A DNA stretch of 64,000 nucleotides from a virus (taxonomy: Duplodnaviria > Caudoviricetes), in the IMG/VR virus record IMGVR_UViG_2854078061_000001, positions 1-64,000 of that record. One strand, given 5' to 3'. Numbering within the stretch: the first letter of the stretch is position 1; every line of letters starts with the position of its first letter. Both the position numbers and the translations under genes were made by a program. The notes beneath the pieces are model-generated. The model ran no database searches and was not told where the DNA came from. It worked only from the letters and a program-made list of their open reading frames with translations. Positions 9,572 to 18,923 of the stretch are shown piece by piece.

Positions 9572-10399
9572 TCAGTCCTCGTCCCAATGATGCTCTAACA
9601 CAGTGATCTTGTCGTGATGGCCGGTGAAGATACTGTCTGTGGTATAAACCTTGTGAATCAGATTCGGGTCGTCAAACAGATGGCCGCGTTCCTTATCCAG
9701 AATACTGTTTTCGCAGTGACTGACATACATATCGATATCACCCGCACCCAGTTCCTTCAGCTTCTTGGCCGAATAGAACATGGTACCGCCGTAAGAACAG
9801 ATATCATCGATCATCAGAACCTTTTCACCAGGCTTCACTTCACCAACAACATCCAGACCGAGAATTTTGCCCGTTGCCCAGTCCCGCTTTTTATCGCCAT
9901 GGATGACATAAGCGTTGCACTTTGCTCGATCCAGTGCCCAGTGAACAGTCCCTTCATATCGTTTCATTGCGCCGGCATCCGGAAAATAGATCGCATCTGG
10001 CTTGCTTTCCTCGATTACCTGACAGATTTCACGAATCGGAGTATGTACTTCGCACCGATTGATCAATGCCGGAGCCACATCACTGTGAGGGTCAAACACG
10101 GTAACGCAGCTGAATCCGCACCGATTGATCTCGTCAGCGAACCACTTGAGGGTGAACACATCTTCGTCGTGATAGGCGCGATCCATACGAGCGTTCGGGA
10201 TATACGGCATAAACAGCTCGACTTCTGCTCCGTTATCCTTTGCGTCCTTTGCGATCATAATGACCGTGGGAAGCTCGGCCATGGATTCAAATGTCCAGAC
10301 GATACTGATCACGTTGAGATAATTGATAGTCAGATCCTTCTTGATCAGCGGAGTACCGTCAGGAAAAGAACTGATTTTATAATGATTTGCTTTGACCAT
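9572..10399 (-). CDS. Ribose-phosphate pyrophosphokinase-like protein (Adps candidate)
   Basis: FPDG, PYIPNARMDR, DPHS, FPDAGA, IDDICSYGGT. Confidence 0.88.
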   Translation of the reverse strand: MVKANHYKISSFPDGTPLIKKDLTINYLNVISIVWTFESMAELPTVIMIAKDAKDNGAEVELFMPYIPNARMDRAYHDEDVFTLKWFADEINRCGFSCVTVFDPHSDVAPALINRCEVHTPIREICQVIEESKPDAIYFPDAGAMKRYEGTVHWALDRAKCNAYVIHGDKKRDWATGKILGLDVVGEVKPGEKVLMIDDICSYGGTMFYSAKKLKELGAGDIDMYVSHCENSILDKERGHLFDDPNLIHKVYTTDSIFTGHHDKITVLEHHWDED

Positions 10400-10410
10400 A
10401 TTGAGCCTCC

Positions 10411-11514
10411 TTAGACCATGTAGTGAATGTCTCTTTCACGAGTACGGGAGATGATGACTTTGACCACACCATTGTCCTTTTCAAAAGCTTCATAACGATC
10501 CTTTTCATCGTCATCACTCTTGGAATACGGATTGATCACATCAACCTTCTTTCCATCAATGAACTGCTCACCGTTGGCAGGGTTATACTGGATATCCTCG
10601 GTGTTGATGTAGCAATCAGGCCAGTAGCCATCTTTCAGCTTGACATCAAAACAGATACGCTGTGCACCATTGAACATATCAAAACGCTTGGTGCTGGACG
10701 CACGGTAACCATCCTTGAAGATAACAGTGAGCTTGTAGCTGGTCTCGTTCATATTGATGATATTCAGATCCTTGATGGCCTCTGCGAATGGAGTGCCCAG
10801 ATTCAGTTCAAAGGCGATAGACCGCAGGCAGTCATAGTTCAGATCGATCTTGCCAGAAAAATCGACCACAGCAGGGATCTGATCGTAATACTTCTCTTCG
10901 AGCTTATCCTTGAGGTAGGTTTCGACCTCGTCAGCGCCCGGGTAATCGAAGCGGAAGTGATAGTGGAAGCGGCCGGGACGGTTGACCAGATAATCGTTCA
11001 GGCCATTGAGCTGGTTACAGGTGACAACGAACAGCTTTTTGCCCGCGCTGGTGCCATCGAACAGACTCAGCATCGTATCCTGCGGACTTTCATTGTCCCT
11101 GGCCTTGAATGTCTTATCAAACTCGTCAAACAGAATCATAACTTCCTGATCGATGGATTCAATGAAATTGGCGATACCGCCGATATAGCGGTTAGCCAGA
11201 ATGACAGGATAGCCCTGCTTGACGGCCTCGATTGCAATCATCTTAGCGGTCAGAGATTTGCCGATGCCTTTGTTGCCGCTGAGGATGACACCCAGGTTGC
11301 GGTTGAACACTTTGAACGAATTCAGCACTTTGGCAACCTTGCTGCTCTGGACACCATACACCTTTTCGTTGATGACCATATCGGGGCGGCGGGACAGATA
11401 GAAACCGGTCATCTCAGAACAGTGGATATCATAGGTACCCGCCGGAATCTTGTCATACGCCTTCATATCGTCGCCATACAGGAACAGATTGCTTGCGCTT
11501 TCAACAACTTTCAT
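10411..11514 (-). CDS. AAA+ ATPase
   Basis: GNKGIGKS Walker A, ILFDEFDK Walker B, NRPGRF. Confidence 0.88.
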   Translation of the reverse strand: MKVVESASNLFLYGDDMKAYDKIPAGTYDIHCSEMTGFYLSRRPDMVINEKVYGVQSSKVAKVLNSFKVFNRNLGVILSGNKGIGKSLTAKMIAIEAVKQGYPVILANRYIGGIANFIESIDQEVMILFDEFDKTFKARDNESPQDTMLSLFDGTSAGKKLFVVTCNQLNGLNDYLVNRPGRFHYHFRFDYPGADEVETYLKDKLEEKYYDQIPAVVDFSGKIDLNYDCLRSIAFELNLGTPFAEAIKDLNIINMNETSYKLTVIFKDGYRASSTKRFDMFNGAQRICFDVKLKDGYWPDCYINTEDIQYNPANGEQFIDGKKVDVINPYSKSDDDEKDRYEAFEKDNGVVKVIISRTRERDIHYMV

Positions 11515-11531
11515 GTTTAATACTTCCCTTC

Positions 11532-11915
11532 TCAGTTCAGCTCTTCAAGCTTCTTCATCAGATCCTCGATGCCCATGTCTTCCAGCGCCTTATCCTTTTT
11601 CTTTGCCACGATCTCCATGATCTTATCGCGCTGTGCCTTCTTCTCGGCGGCAGACACACGCTCCGCTGCCTCAGCCAGCTTGACAGACACGATATACCTG
11701 ACGATATCGATCTTATTGGCCAGATCCTGATCCTCGGCGCTCTTAGTGGCCAGCAGAGAATCCTCATCGGCGGTCTTCTTCTGACGGTTCAGCATCTTGA
11801 AGATGGCATCCAGATCCTCGACCCGCAGACTCCACAGATCCTCTACGGTCATAACACCCTTGTAGTTAAAGCGATAGCGATTACGAGTTGCGATTTCAAA
11901 CAGATTCTTTTCCAT
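11532..11915 (-). CDS. Conserved phage coiled-coil protein
   Basis: ORF with AAAGGAG RBS. Confidence 0.6.
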   Translation of the reverse strand: MEKNLFEIATRNRYRFNYKGVMTVEDLWSLRVEDLDAIFKMLNRQKKTADEDSLLATKSAEDQDLANKIDIVRYIVSVKLAEAAERVSAAEKKAQRDKIMEIVAKKKDKALEDMGIEDLMKKLEELN

Positions 11916-11935
11916 GATAATTTCTCCTTTCAGAT

Positions 11936-12223
11936 TTACAGAAGTGATTCACAAACGCATTCCTGTTCTACAAAACTTTTGGGAATCAGCATTTGTTCTG
12001 TCCAATAAGAACCACAGCACTTTAGTTTTACAGTTTTTTGAGACCTAGAGTATTCTTTAATCTCAAATTCCGACCCAGCAAGGCGAACCATATTTAACGT
12101 TGGAGTTGCACGATAACCGGCATTTTTACCTCCAAATGTTTGATAGACCGTATTGATATTCAAATCTGGACGAACCACAACATGATCGCCTTGCTTAAAT
12201 CGAAGTGGAATTACATAATCCAT
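11936..12223 (-). CDS. SH3/KOW-like paralog with C-terminal CxCxxLL tag
   Basis: GDHVVVRPDL...WTEQM...ECVCESLL. Confidence 0.75.
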   Translation of the reverse strand: MDYVIPLRFKQGDHVVVRPDLNINTVYQTFGGKNAGYRATPTLNMVRLAGSEFEIKEYSRSQKTVKLKCCGSYWTEQMLIPKSFVEQECVCESLL

Positions 12224-12231
12224 AACAAACC

Positions 12232-12522
12232 TCACAAAAGCGATTCACAGTAACATTCATTGCCGATTTGGTCAGAAAACATGTCGTCTGTCCAGTAGCG
12301 ACCTCTTGCTCTGTATTTTTTACCATCGACCGTATCAACTATTTCTTCGATTTCGATAGTCTGTCCACAAAGCTCTATCATGTCTTTAGTTACAACATCT
12401 GAAACAACGTTCCTCCAAGGAGCGTTTTCTTTTCCACCTGATCGCATCCAATAACATTTTCTAAAATCTAAATCCTGGCGGACAATAACGACATCGCCTG
12501 CATGATATTTTGTATCTTGCAA
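12232..12522 (-). CDS. SH3/KOW-like paralog with CxCxxLL tag
   Basis: TTG start after GGAGG; GDVVIVRQDL...WTDDMF...ECYCESLL. Confidence 0.75.
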   Translation of the reverse strand: MQDTKYHAGDVVIVRQDLDFRKCYWMRSGGKENAPWRNVVSDVVTKDMIELCGQTIEIEEIVDTVDGKKYRARGRYWTDDMFSDQIGNECYCESLL

Positions 12523-12533
12523 CTTGTGCCTCC

Positions 12534-12806
12534 TTATAACAGAGATTCGCAGCAGCACTCATTGTTTGCCAAACCAGAAAACATGTCATCAGTCCATCTA
12601 AAATCATATGTTTCTTCTACGATATAGTGCCCGTTAGAAGAATAATCTTTAATATGAACCAACTGCCCATGAAGTTCCGACATATCCAATGTCACAATGT
12701 TACTGTTGGCTTTTGGATAAGGACCAGACCTCATATCGTAAAAGGCACCATACTTAAGATCATCTCGAACTAAAACAGCGTCGCCTATTTTATATCGATA
12801 CTCCAT
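12534..12806 (-). CDS. SH3/KOW-like paralog with CxCxxLL tag
   Basis: YRYKIGDAVLVRDDL...WTDDMF...ECCCESLL. Confidence 0.75.
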   Translation of the reverse strand: MEYRYKIGDAVLVRDDLKYGAFYDMRSGPYPKANSNIVTLDMSELHGQLVHIKDYSSNGHYIVEETYDFRWTDDMFSGLANNECCCESLL

Positions 12807-12814
12807 TTGACACC

Positions 12815-13105
12815 TCATAGCAGAGATTCACAATAGCACTCAGTTTCGTTCGCCAGACCAACAAACATATCATCTGTCCACAGGATTTTCTGATTCGTTT
12901 CTTTGATGATATATCGATTGCGGCGATACTCAAGAATCGTGACAACCGTTCCCTCCAAAGCTTTTCGTGTGCGAATCGTACATTCGTTCACGCAGATCGC
13001 ATTATCAAGCGGAGACTGACTTCCAGAGCGCATGTAGTATTCTTCGTTTTCTCGAATTTCATTGATCACTACGACACGATCACCCGGCTTATAACGATAA
13101 TCCAT
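12815..13105 (-). CDS. SH3/KOW-like paralog with CxCxxLL tag
   Basis: YRYKPGDRVVV...WTDDMF...ECYCESLL. Confidence 0.75.
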   Translation of the reverse strand: MDYRYKPGDRVVVINEIRENEEYYMRSGSQSPLDNAICVNECTIRTRKALEGTVVTILEYRRNRYIIKETNQKILWTDDMFVGLANETECYCESLL

Positions 13106-13113
13106 TTAGCACC

Positions 13114-13416
13114 TCACAGTAGAGATTCGCAGTAACATTCATTTTCGTTTACCAGACCAACGAACATATCGTCTGTCCAGAAATCAGCATCAGGAGCTTC
13201 CGCGATATGATATCCACCATTTTTATACGATTTAATCGTCACAATAGCTCCTGCAAAAGAGAGGTGTCGTTTGGTGCACGAGGCCCAGCCACCAACACGC
13301 GGCCCAGATCGCATCTTGTAACTATCACCATACGTGAGAGCTTCGTGCAGATCATTTTTTACAAGAACCTTGTCGCCGATTTTATACCTATATTCTGTAG
13401 GATAAGTTGCCATCAA
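13114..13416 (-). CDS. SH3/KOW-like paralog with CxCxxLL tag
   Basis: YRYKIGDKVLVKNDL...WTDDMF...ECYCESLL. Confidence 0.75.
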   Translation of the reverse strand: MMATYPTEYRYKIGDKVLVKNDLHEALTYGDSYKMRSGPRVGGWASCTKRHLSFAGAIVTIKSYKNGGYHIAEAPDADFWTDDMFVGLVNENECYCESLL

Positions 13417-15479
13417 ATCACCACTTTCAGAACTCGCTCGGTTGCCCCCTGTACCTTGACGATGAAGCTGTTGTGCTGCGTCTCAGAGAAGCCAACACCG
13501 GACAGCTGGTCATCGACGGACTGAACTGCCATCTGAGAGCCCAGTGCCTCAAACACACGCTTATGCTGCAGCAGGTCTGTCTTCAGGAATTCATTGTAGA
13601 AACCATTGGGCTTTTCCGGGTTGACGCAGTCCTTGAGCATGAAGAAGTAGTGACGGTTGCCATTGCCGGTCTGTTCGTCCCAGTAGTTTGGAGAGTACAT
13701 CGCCACAGACACAGGTACAAACTGATTGGAATTCACACCCCAGATCTCGCGGGTGCTGGTGGAACTGGGCAGCTGCTCCTTGATAGAGAACTTACCATCC
13801 TTCAGCGTGACTTTTGCCACGGCGACATTCTGACCACCATGCAGCGGCTTATCGTAGTTGAAAGAGTAGATGTTGCCATCGAATTCGATCTCAGCACGGA
13901 AACCAGTTTTACCGCCACGACTAGCAAAACAGTTCACATAGAAGCTGTACTCGCCCTCCTTCATCTTCTTAATGTCAGGCCAGGTGATGTTCTCGACCGC
14001 AGCCTTATCCCGCGAAGGATGAGTGATATCCACATCCAGGCAGCCATCAGTACGAGGGTGCCACTTGTTGCCGAAATAGATGTGATTCTTATCGGGTTCA
14101 ATGCAATGAGCATCTTCATCGTTTTCATCCCATTCACCCGGCACATCGTTCCACTGAATCGAGAAACGCAGCACGCCATCCACCTTACCGCCAGCAGCCT
14201 TAACGTTTTCGCGAATATCGCTGTCTGCTATATTACCGGTATAAGCCCAGCTGAAACCATTGGACCACTTAAACATGCTTGGCGCGCTCTTATCCTGCGG
14301 CGCAATCAGAGATACCATGTTCTTCGAGAAGCGATTCTCCATGAACAATTCCAGACCTGCCGCAGTAGGCAGAACTTCTTTGACAAACTTTTCGATGCCG
14401 ATTTCTTCTGCGCGGCCGAACTTCTTGGGATCAGTACCCAGAGATTTCGCCATTGCCTCAAACGGATTCGCAGCGCCCATCACCCGAGGAGCAGCATCAC
14501 GGTTACAGAACAGGATGTTGTTGGCGGTGATATCATCCAGAGTGGCAAACCGACGAGCCAGACTGTTCATATATCCCAGCTCAGTGACGGTTTTCTGTGC
14601 ATCCTCCAGCATCTTCTTGGTGAAAATCGCCTTAGGACGCTTATAGTTTGCAGGAGCAACCACCTTTTCAAAAGCGGTCACAGCAGCATCCACGTCCATG
14701 CCCTCGCTCAGGTTTACCAGCAGAGTACCGATTGCCGTATTGCGAATACGAAGCCGGTTCATCGATGCACCGCCGGGAGCCATCCAGACATAAGCGGACT
14801 TCTTTTCATCGGGCAGACGATAATACACCTGCTTATCGCTCTTGAAGCCACGAACCAAACCCTCGAACTCCTTGCCGCGATACAGGCTGTTCTGAGCAAT
14901 CAGCTCCAGCACAGTATCCACAGCGTCCATAGTCAGCTCTTCCAGAGAGCGCTTGAACACATTGGCAGAATCACGCCACTCGGCCATCTTGGTGGACACA
15001 TCATAGGAATTGACAATGAACCGCTGAGGAATCTCGACAGCGAAATGATCCCAGGTGCGAACCGCCTTATGATCAGCGTCATACTCATAGTTCATCTCTG
15101 TGCCGAACTTGCCATCAGAAATCATGTTACGGCTGACGTAATACGGATTCACAACGGCGCAGGTTTTCACATAGGCAGCCAGCGCATCCACAACCGGCTG
15201 ATAAACATCGGACTTGGTATCGAAATCCCAGACAGTGACCATCTGACCATCCATGAAAGAAACCAGCTTGCCGATATTCTTCACAAAACGACGGCAGCAG
15301 GAGCAATCATACTCACGCCGCTTACGGAAGGTAGAATTCGTACCAGCCGGGAAGCTGTCCAAATAGAGGTTATATAGCTTGTCCTCGTCGGCATTGGTGA
15401 TAAACAGAGGTGCGCCATCCTTGACCATCTCATCGAAATGCTTCTGAAGCAGAGTGCGGAATTCTTTGAAGTTTGCCAT
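13413..15479 (-). CDS. Large conserved phage protein (CxCC N-terminus; LDVD...VENI YfaP-like beta domain)
   Basis: 688 aa from MANFKEF; YDCSCCR and GCLDVDI..AVENITW. Confidence 0.65.
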   Translation of the reverse strand: MANFKEFRTLLQKHFDEMVKDGAPLFITNADEDKLYNLYLDSFPAGTNSTFRKRREYDCSCCRRFVKNIGKLVSFMDGQMVTVWDFDTKSDVYQPVVDALAAYVKTCAVVNPYYVSRNMISDGKFGTEMNYEYDADHKAVRTWDHFAVEIPQRFIVNSYDVSTKMAEWRDSANVFKRSLEELTMDAVDTVLELIAQNSLYRGKEFEGLVRGFKSDKQVYYRLPDEKKSAYVWMAPGGASMNRLRIRNTAIGTLLVNLSEGMDVDAAVTAFEKVVAPANYKRPKAIFTKKMLEDAQKTVTELGYMNSLARRFATLDDITANNILFCNRDAAPRVMGAANPFEAMAKSLGTDPKKFGRAEEIGIEKFVKEVLPTAAGLELFMENRFSKNMVSLIAPQDKSAPSMFKWSNGFSWAYTGNIADSDIRENVKAAGGKVDGVLRFSIQWNDVPGEWDENDEDAHCIEPDKNHIYFGNKWHPRTDGCLDVDITHPSRDKAAVENITWPDIKKMKEGEYSFYVNCFASRGGKTGFRAEIEFDGNIYSFNYDKPLHGGQNVAVAKVTLKDGKFSIKEQLPSSTSTREIWGVNSNQFVPVSVAMYSPNYWDEQTGNGNRHYFFMLKDCVNPEKPNGFYNEFLKTDLLQHKRVFEALGSQMAVQSVDDQLSGVGFSETQHNSFIVKVQGATERVLKVVI

Positions 15480-15501
15480 TGTTTTCATTCTCCTTTTTTG
15501 A

Positions 15502-15777
15502 TTACAGTAAACTGTCACAAATGCATTCGGTCGGGCTTTCAAACATCGACTCAGTCCATAGCCATGGGATTTCCCTTAGCGTATAGAAATCATCGTCATC
15601 GGAATATCCATTGACTTCATATGTATTGCCGCTATAGTTGACCATACTATCGTTACAATAAAGAGTTCGTTTACCTGCTGAAGGACCATACAGGACGGGA
15701 TAATCGCGGTCGCCAACCAAATCCGAACGGATCGTTACCAGATCACCCGGCTGATACAATAAACTATCCATCACCAT
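15502..15777 (-). CDS. SH3/KOW-like paralog with CxCxxLL tag
   Basis: GDLVTIRSDL...WTESMF...ECICDSLL. Confidence 0.75.
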   Translation of the reverse strand: MVMDSLLYQPGDLVTIRSDLVGDRDYPVLYGPSAGKRTLYCNDSMVNYSGNTYEVNGYSDDDDFYTLREIPWLWTESMFESPTECICDSLL

Positions 15778-15787
15778 CACATTCACC

Positions 15788-16063
15788 TCACAGCAAAGAT
15801 TCACAGCAGCATTCGTTTACCGACATCGGCTCAAACATTTCATCAGACCAGAACAGACAATCAGGGTCATTGTCGATTTTGTAATAACCCTCATCATAAG
15901 CGATGATTTTATGAACCGACCCTCTATATTTTCCGATATTATATACAGTCCCGGGTTCGCGTCCAGCTTTGGGACCGGAACGCATACGATACTGCATGTT
16001 TCGATCAATATCGTCGCGAACTTTTACGAGGTCGCCAATTTCATACAGGTATTTCCTTTTCAT
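15788..16063 (-). CDS. SH3/KOW-like paralog with CxCxxLL tag
   Basis: GDLVKVRDDI...WSDEMF...ECCCESLL. Confidence 0.75.
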   Translation of the reverse strand: MKRKYLYEIGDLVKVRDDIDRNMQYRMRSGPKAGREPGTVYNIGKYRGSVHKIIAYDEGYYKIDNDPDCLFWSDEMFEPMSVNECCCESLL

Positions 16064-16071
16064 GATTCACC

Positions 16072-16344
16072 TCACAGCAGCGGCGTGCAGATACATTCGT
16101 TGGGTGCTACGAACATCTCGTCCGTCCACCGATCGCAGCCATAATCTTCGTCGATGTAATAGCGGCCATTGCGCTTGCCGGCAATATGAACCACAGTGCC
16201 AAGCCGCTGCGCCTGAGAATAAGTAAGGGTGGCACTGACATCATTTGCTCGGTAACCGGAACGCATATAATACTGAACACCGCGCTCCAAATCAGGCCGA
16301 ACAAACACTTCCTCTCCGTTTTTGTACTGATAATATCTTGACAT
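16072..16344 (-). CDS. SH3/KOW-like paralog with CxCxxLL tag
   Basis: GEEVFVRPDL...WTDEMF...ECICTPLL. Confidence 0.75.
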   Translation of the reverse strand: MSRYYQYKNGEEVFVRPDLERGVQYYMRSGYRANDVSATLTYSQAQRLGTVVHIAGKRNGRYYIDEDYGCDRWTDEMFVAPNECICTPLL

Positions 16345-16365
16345 CGCTCTACTTCCTCCATTCCA

Positions 16366-16641
16366 TTACAGCAGTGAATCGCAAACGCACTCGTCCACGA
16401 CAAGCGGCTCAAACATTTCATCAGACCAGATGCAGCCATCGATTCCTTGTGCTTTGTAAACACCAGAATCTGATCTGATCTTTTCAATGACGATCTCTTG
16501 TCCTGCGTATTTTTTCATCCAGTCAAAAATCATCCAACGTTGGCCTTTGTTTTCGCCAGACAGCATTTTATAATCTTCATCTTCCGAGAGATCAAGCCGA
16601 ACGCGGACTCTGTCGCCAGGGTGATACATGTAATCAGTCAT
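16366..16641 (-). CDS. SH3/KOW-like paralog with CxCxxLL tag
   Basis: GDRVRVRLDL...WSDEMF...ECVCDSLL. Confidence 0.75.
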   Translation of the reverse strand: MTDYMYHPGDRVRVRLDLSEDEDYKMLSGENKGQRWMIFDWMKKYAGQEIVIEKIRSDSGVYKAQGIDGCIWSDEMFEPLVVDECVCDSLL

Positions 16642-17459
16642 TCTGTTCCTCCATCATCAAACCAGTCCGACACACGATCAGACATTTCGTCCATCTTATC
16701 CTGGTCGGCCTTGACATAATGCATCGTGACACGCTGGCTGCTATGCTTAAACTTTTCTTGAAGCATCTCGATCGTTTGCCCAGATGTACCAGCCTTTTTC
16801 GCTGTCTGAAGTGCAGCCATTGCATAGGTTTTGCGCATGGTATGAGTGGACAGATCAATATCCAGCTCACACGCCTTCCCTGCTTCTTTCAAGATCCGAT
16901 AGAATCCGCGCACTGTCAGAGGACCACCCTTGCGACTGCGGAACAGATAATCAGATTGACTGATTTCAAAATTCTGTTCATCGAAATAATCTTCCAAAAT
17001 GTCGGCTGCCATCTTGGGGATCTTGCACACATTGCGCTTACGAGTCTTTTCTTCGATCAGTTCGACATGCTCTTTCACACTGCCATCCTGTTCATAAACA
17101 TCTGCCGTTTTCAAGTTGAGAAGATCGCCACAACGAATGCCCAAACTGCACCCGAACACGAAAATCGCCTTGTTGCGTAGACGAAACTTGGGGTCGCCAT
17201 TGGAAGCGAGATAATTCGCCAGTTTCTGGAAATCCTCTTTGGAACGAATCGGATCAGCAGGCGAAGGTTTGATGCGGCCATCCTTTGTATAAAGGCTGTT
17301 GGTTGGCTTTGTCTTGTGCTTTTTCTTGCGAGCGGCAGCCACGATGTCCCAAATCATTTCCTTCAGCTCGGCTTCGCTCATGGTGATGTGAGCTTCGGAA
17401 CCAGGCTGTTGCGGGAACTGAACTACGCGATCCTTACGCTTACGTGCTGGTTCTGCCAT
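16638..17459 (-). CDS. Tyrosine recombinase (integrase/Xer family)
   Basis: GIRCGDLL, STHTMRKT, HSS..VTMHY catalytic residues. Confidence 0.88.
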   Translation of the reverse strand: MAEPARKRKDRVVQFPQQPGSEAHITMSEAELKEMIWDIVAAARKKKHKTKPTNSLYTKDGRIKPSPADPIRSKEDFQKLANYLASNGDPKFRLRNKAIFVFGCSLGIRCGDLLNLKTADVYEQDGSVKEHVELIEEKTRKRNVCKIPKMAADILEDYFDEQNFEISQSDYLFRSRKGGPLTVRGFYRILKEAGKACELDIDLSTHTMRKTYAMAALQTAKKAGTSGQTIEMLQEKFKHSSQRVTMHYVKADQDKMDEMSDRVSDWFDDGGTE

Positions 17460-17483
17460 TGATCTTCATCCTTTCTATGTAAA

Positions 17484-17687
17484 TCAATATCTATGTTGGT
17501 GTTTTTCTCTATAACGCAGGTTATGAGTGTATAGCTCTTTATCGAAATCGTTGATCATGCGACATTTCTCTTTGTACTGGTGTTGCTGTGTCAGCTCGAT
17601 TTCGACGTACTGCTGGCGCTCCTGACAGTGATCGTGACACCCGGGATAACGCTTGGGAGCCACACAATAATGGCATGGATTCTGCAT
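17484..17687 (-). CDS. Small Cys/His zinc-binding hypothetical protein
   Basis: PCHYC...GCHDHC. Confidence 0.55.
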   Translation of the reverse strand: MQNPCHYCVAPKRYPGCHDHCQERQQYVEIELTQQHQYKEKCRMINDFDKELYTHNLRYREKHQHRY

Positions 17688-17703
17688 TTTCAAATCATTC
17701 CAA

Positions 17704-17979
17704 TCATAGTAAACTTTCGCAAACACAAGCAGCGCTGTATTTGTCCTGCGTCAGGAACATCTGGTCCGTCCAGGCATATGATTTATTGTCTTCTTCAATG
17801 AAGTATTGACCATCAATATGTTCTGCGATATGAACGGTCTTACCTTCGAGCTCTTTCATTTCGTCGACAACAGTGTTGTATGTTTTTGGATTGGGGCCGG
17901 ACATCATAAAGTAGCTGCAATTCTTTCTGAGATCTCGCTTTACGACCACTGCGTCACCGACATCGTATCTGTATTTCAT
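17704..17979 (-). CDS. SH3/KOW-like paralog with CxCxxLL tag
   Basis: YRYDVGDAVVVKRDL...WTDQMF...ACVCESLL. Confidence 0.75.
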   Translation of the reverse strand: MKYRYDVGDAVVVKRDLRKNCSYFMMSGPNPKTYNTVVDEMKELEGKTVHIAEHIDGQYFIEEDNKSYAWTDQMFLTQDKYSAACVCESLL

Positions 17980-17987
17980 AGTTCACC

Positions 17988-18257
17988 TCACAGAAGGCTA
18001 TCACAGCAACACTCATTGATAGAAATAAACATCTCGTCGGTCCAGCCATAACCGATCTCGTTCAGAGTGTACCCACGTTCCCCATCGCGAGGACCTTGAA
18101 TCGTAAAAATCTTTCCAGCCTGATCCGCCATTTGATCAATAACACCGTAGTAGGTATTGTCCCCATTGTGGCGACCTGACCTCATACGATAAATTTCACT
18201 GCAGTTCAGATCCGGGCGAACCATTACTTTATCGCCTGGCTTATACATCAATTCCAT
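17988..18257 (-). CDS. SH3/KOW-like paralog with CxCxxLL tag
   Basis: YKPGDKVMVRPDL...WTDEMF...ECCCDSLL. Confidence 0.75.
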   Translation of the reverse strand: MELMYKPGDKVMVRPDLNCSEIYRMRSGRHNGDNTYYGVIDQMADQAGKIFTIQGPRDGERGYTLNEIGYGWTDEMFISINECCCDSLL

Positions 18258-18282
18258 ATTTCTACCTCATTTTCTTTTTATC

Positions 18283-18531
18283 AAAATCACTTTCTAAATC
18301 CGATGCTCTGGAAACGGGAGGACGCACGATCAGGGACTTCTGTCACGCGACCTGGCGCGTGACTTTCGTCCCGGATCGAAGGACGAGTGTTTCTTGACAA
18401 GGATTGGCTGAGGCCAGCTGCACGATCAGGGGCCTATGGCGGAGTGCAGCGGCCGATTGCTGTGGTATTCTTCTTAACATCCGCCTTGGGCGTGATGCTC
18501 GCTCTTTTGGAACGATATGCAAAGTGATTTT
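18283..18531 (-). ncRNA. Retron-like msr/msd ncRNA, copy A
   Basis: 11-bp terminal inverted repeat AAAATCACTTT, following G, two hairpins (second with bulged A and CAA loop), ATTTAG before the 3' repeat. Confidence 0.7.
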
Positions 18532-18543
18532 TTTGTTTACTGA

Positions 18544-18891
18544 TTACTGATTGGGCTCATCGAATTCGATTTGTTCGCCCATGGATGCAGCCGTTTCACA
18601 GACTTCATCAAACAGGACATCTCTGCCGGCTTCCAACATTGCCTGGTGAATGCGCGGCTCTGCGGCGGCCACAATGGTATCGCAGAAATTGGTATCGTCT
18701 GTGTTGATCGATTTCAGATTCAAACTTTCCACGATCTCTTTGACATCCTCAGGGCCCCAGAACACCAGGGCTCGCCGATCCTCTTCGTAGACCACTTCTG
18801 TTTCGATGCCCGTGGAATAGTAGATCATATCCGCGACCTTTTCGAGCTCCTTCGATGGGACCTTTCCATCCCGACACATAATTTCAATCAT
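18544..18891 (-). CDS. Acidic hypothetical protein between RT and ncRNA A
   Basis: AAGGAG RBS; D/E-rich 115 aa. Confidence 0.6.
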   Translation of the reverse strand: MIEIMCRDGKVPSKELEKVADMIYYSTGIETEVVYEEDRRALVFWGPEDVKEIVESLNLKSINTDDTNFCDTIVAAAEPRIHQAMLEAGRDVLFDEVCETAASMGEQIEFDEPNQ

Positions 18892-18923
18892 AGATCATCA
18901 CTCCTTGTGTGTGTCTCCATTTT

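Noticed and set aside
13407-15377. Long + strand ORFs opposite leftward genes (e.g. 13407-15377, 10423-11520, 7775-8821, 28751-29986)
   Set aside because: Antisense shadows of codon-biased genes; no RBS or motifs
11936-18257. Integron-like attC or DNA repeat at gene ends
   Set aside because: The similarity is at peptide level with free synonymous variation; no conserved palindromic DNA site
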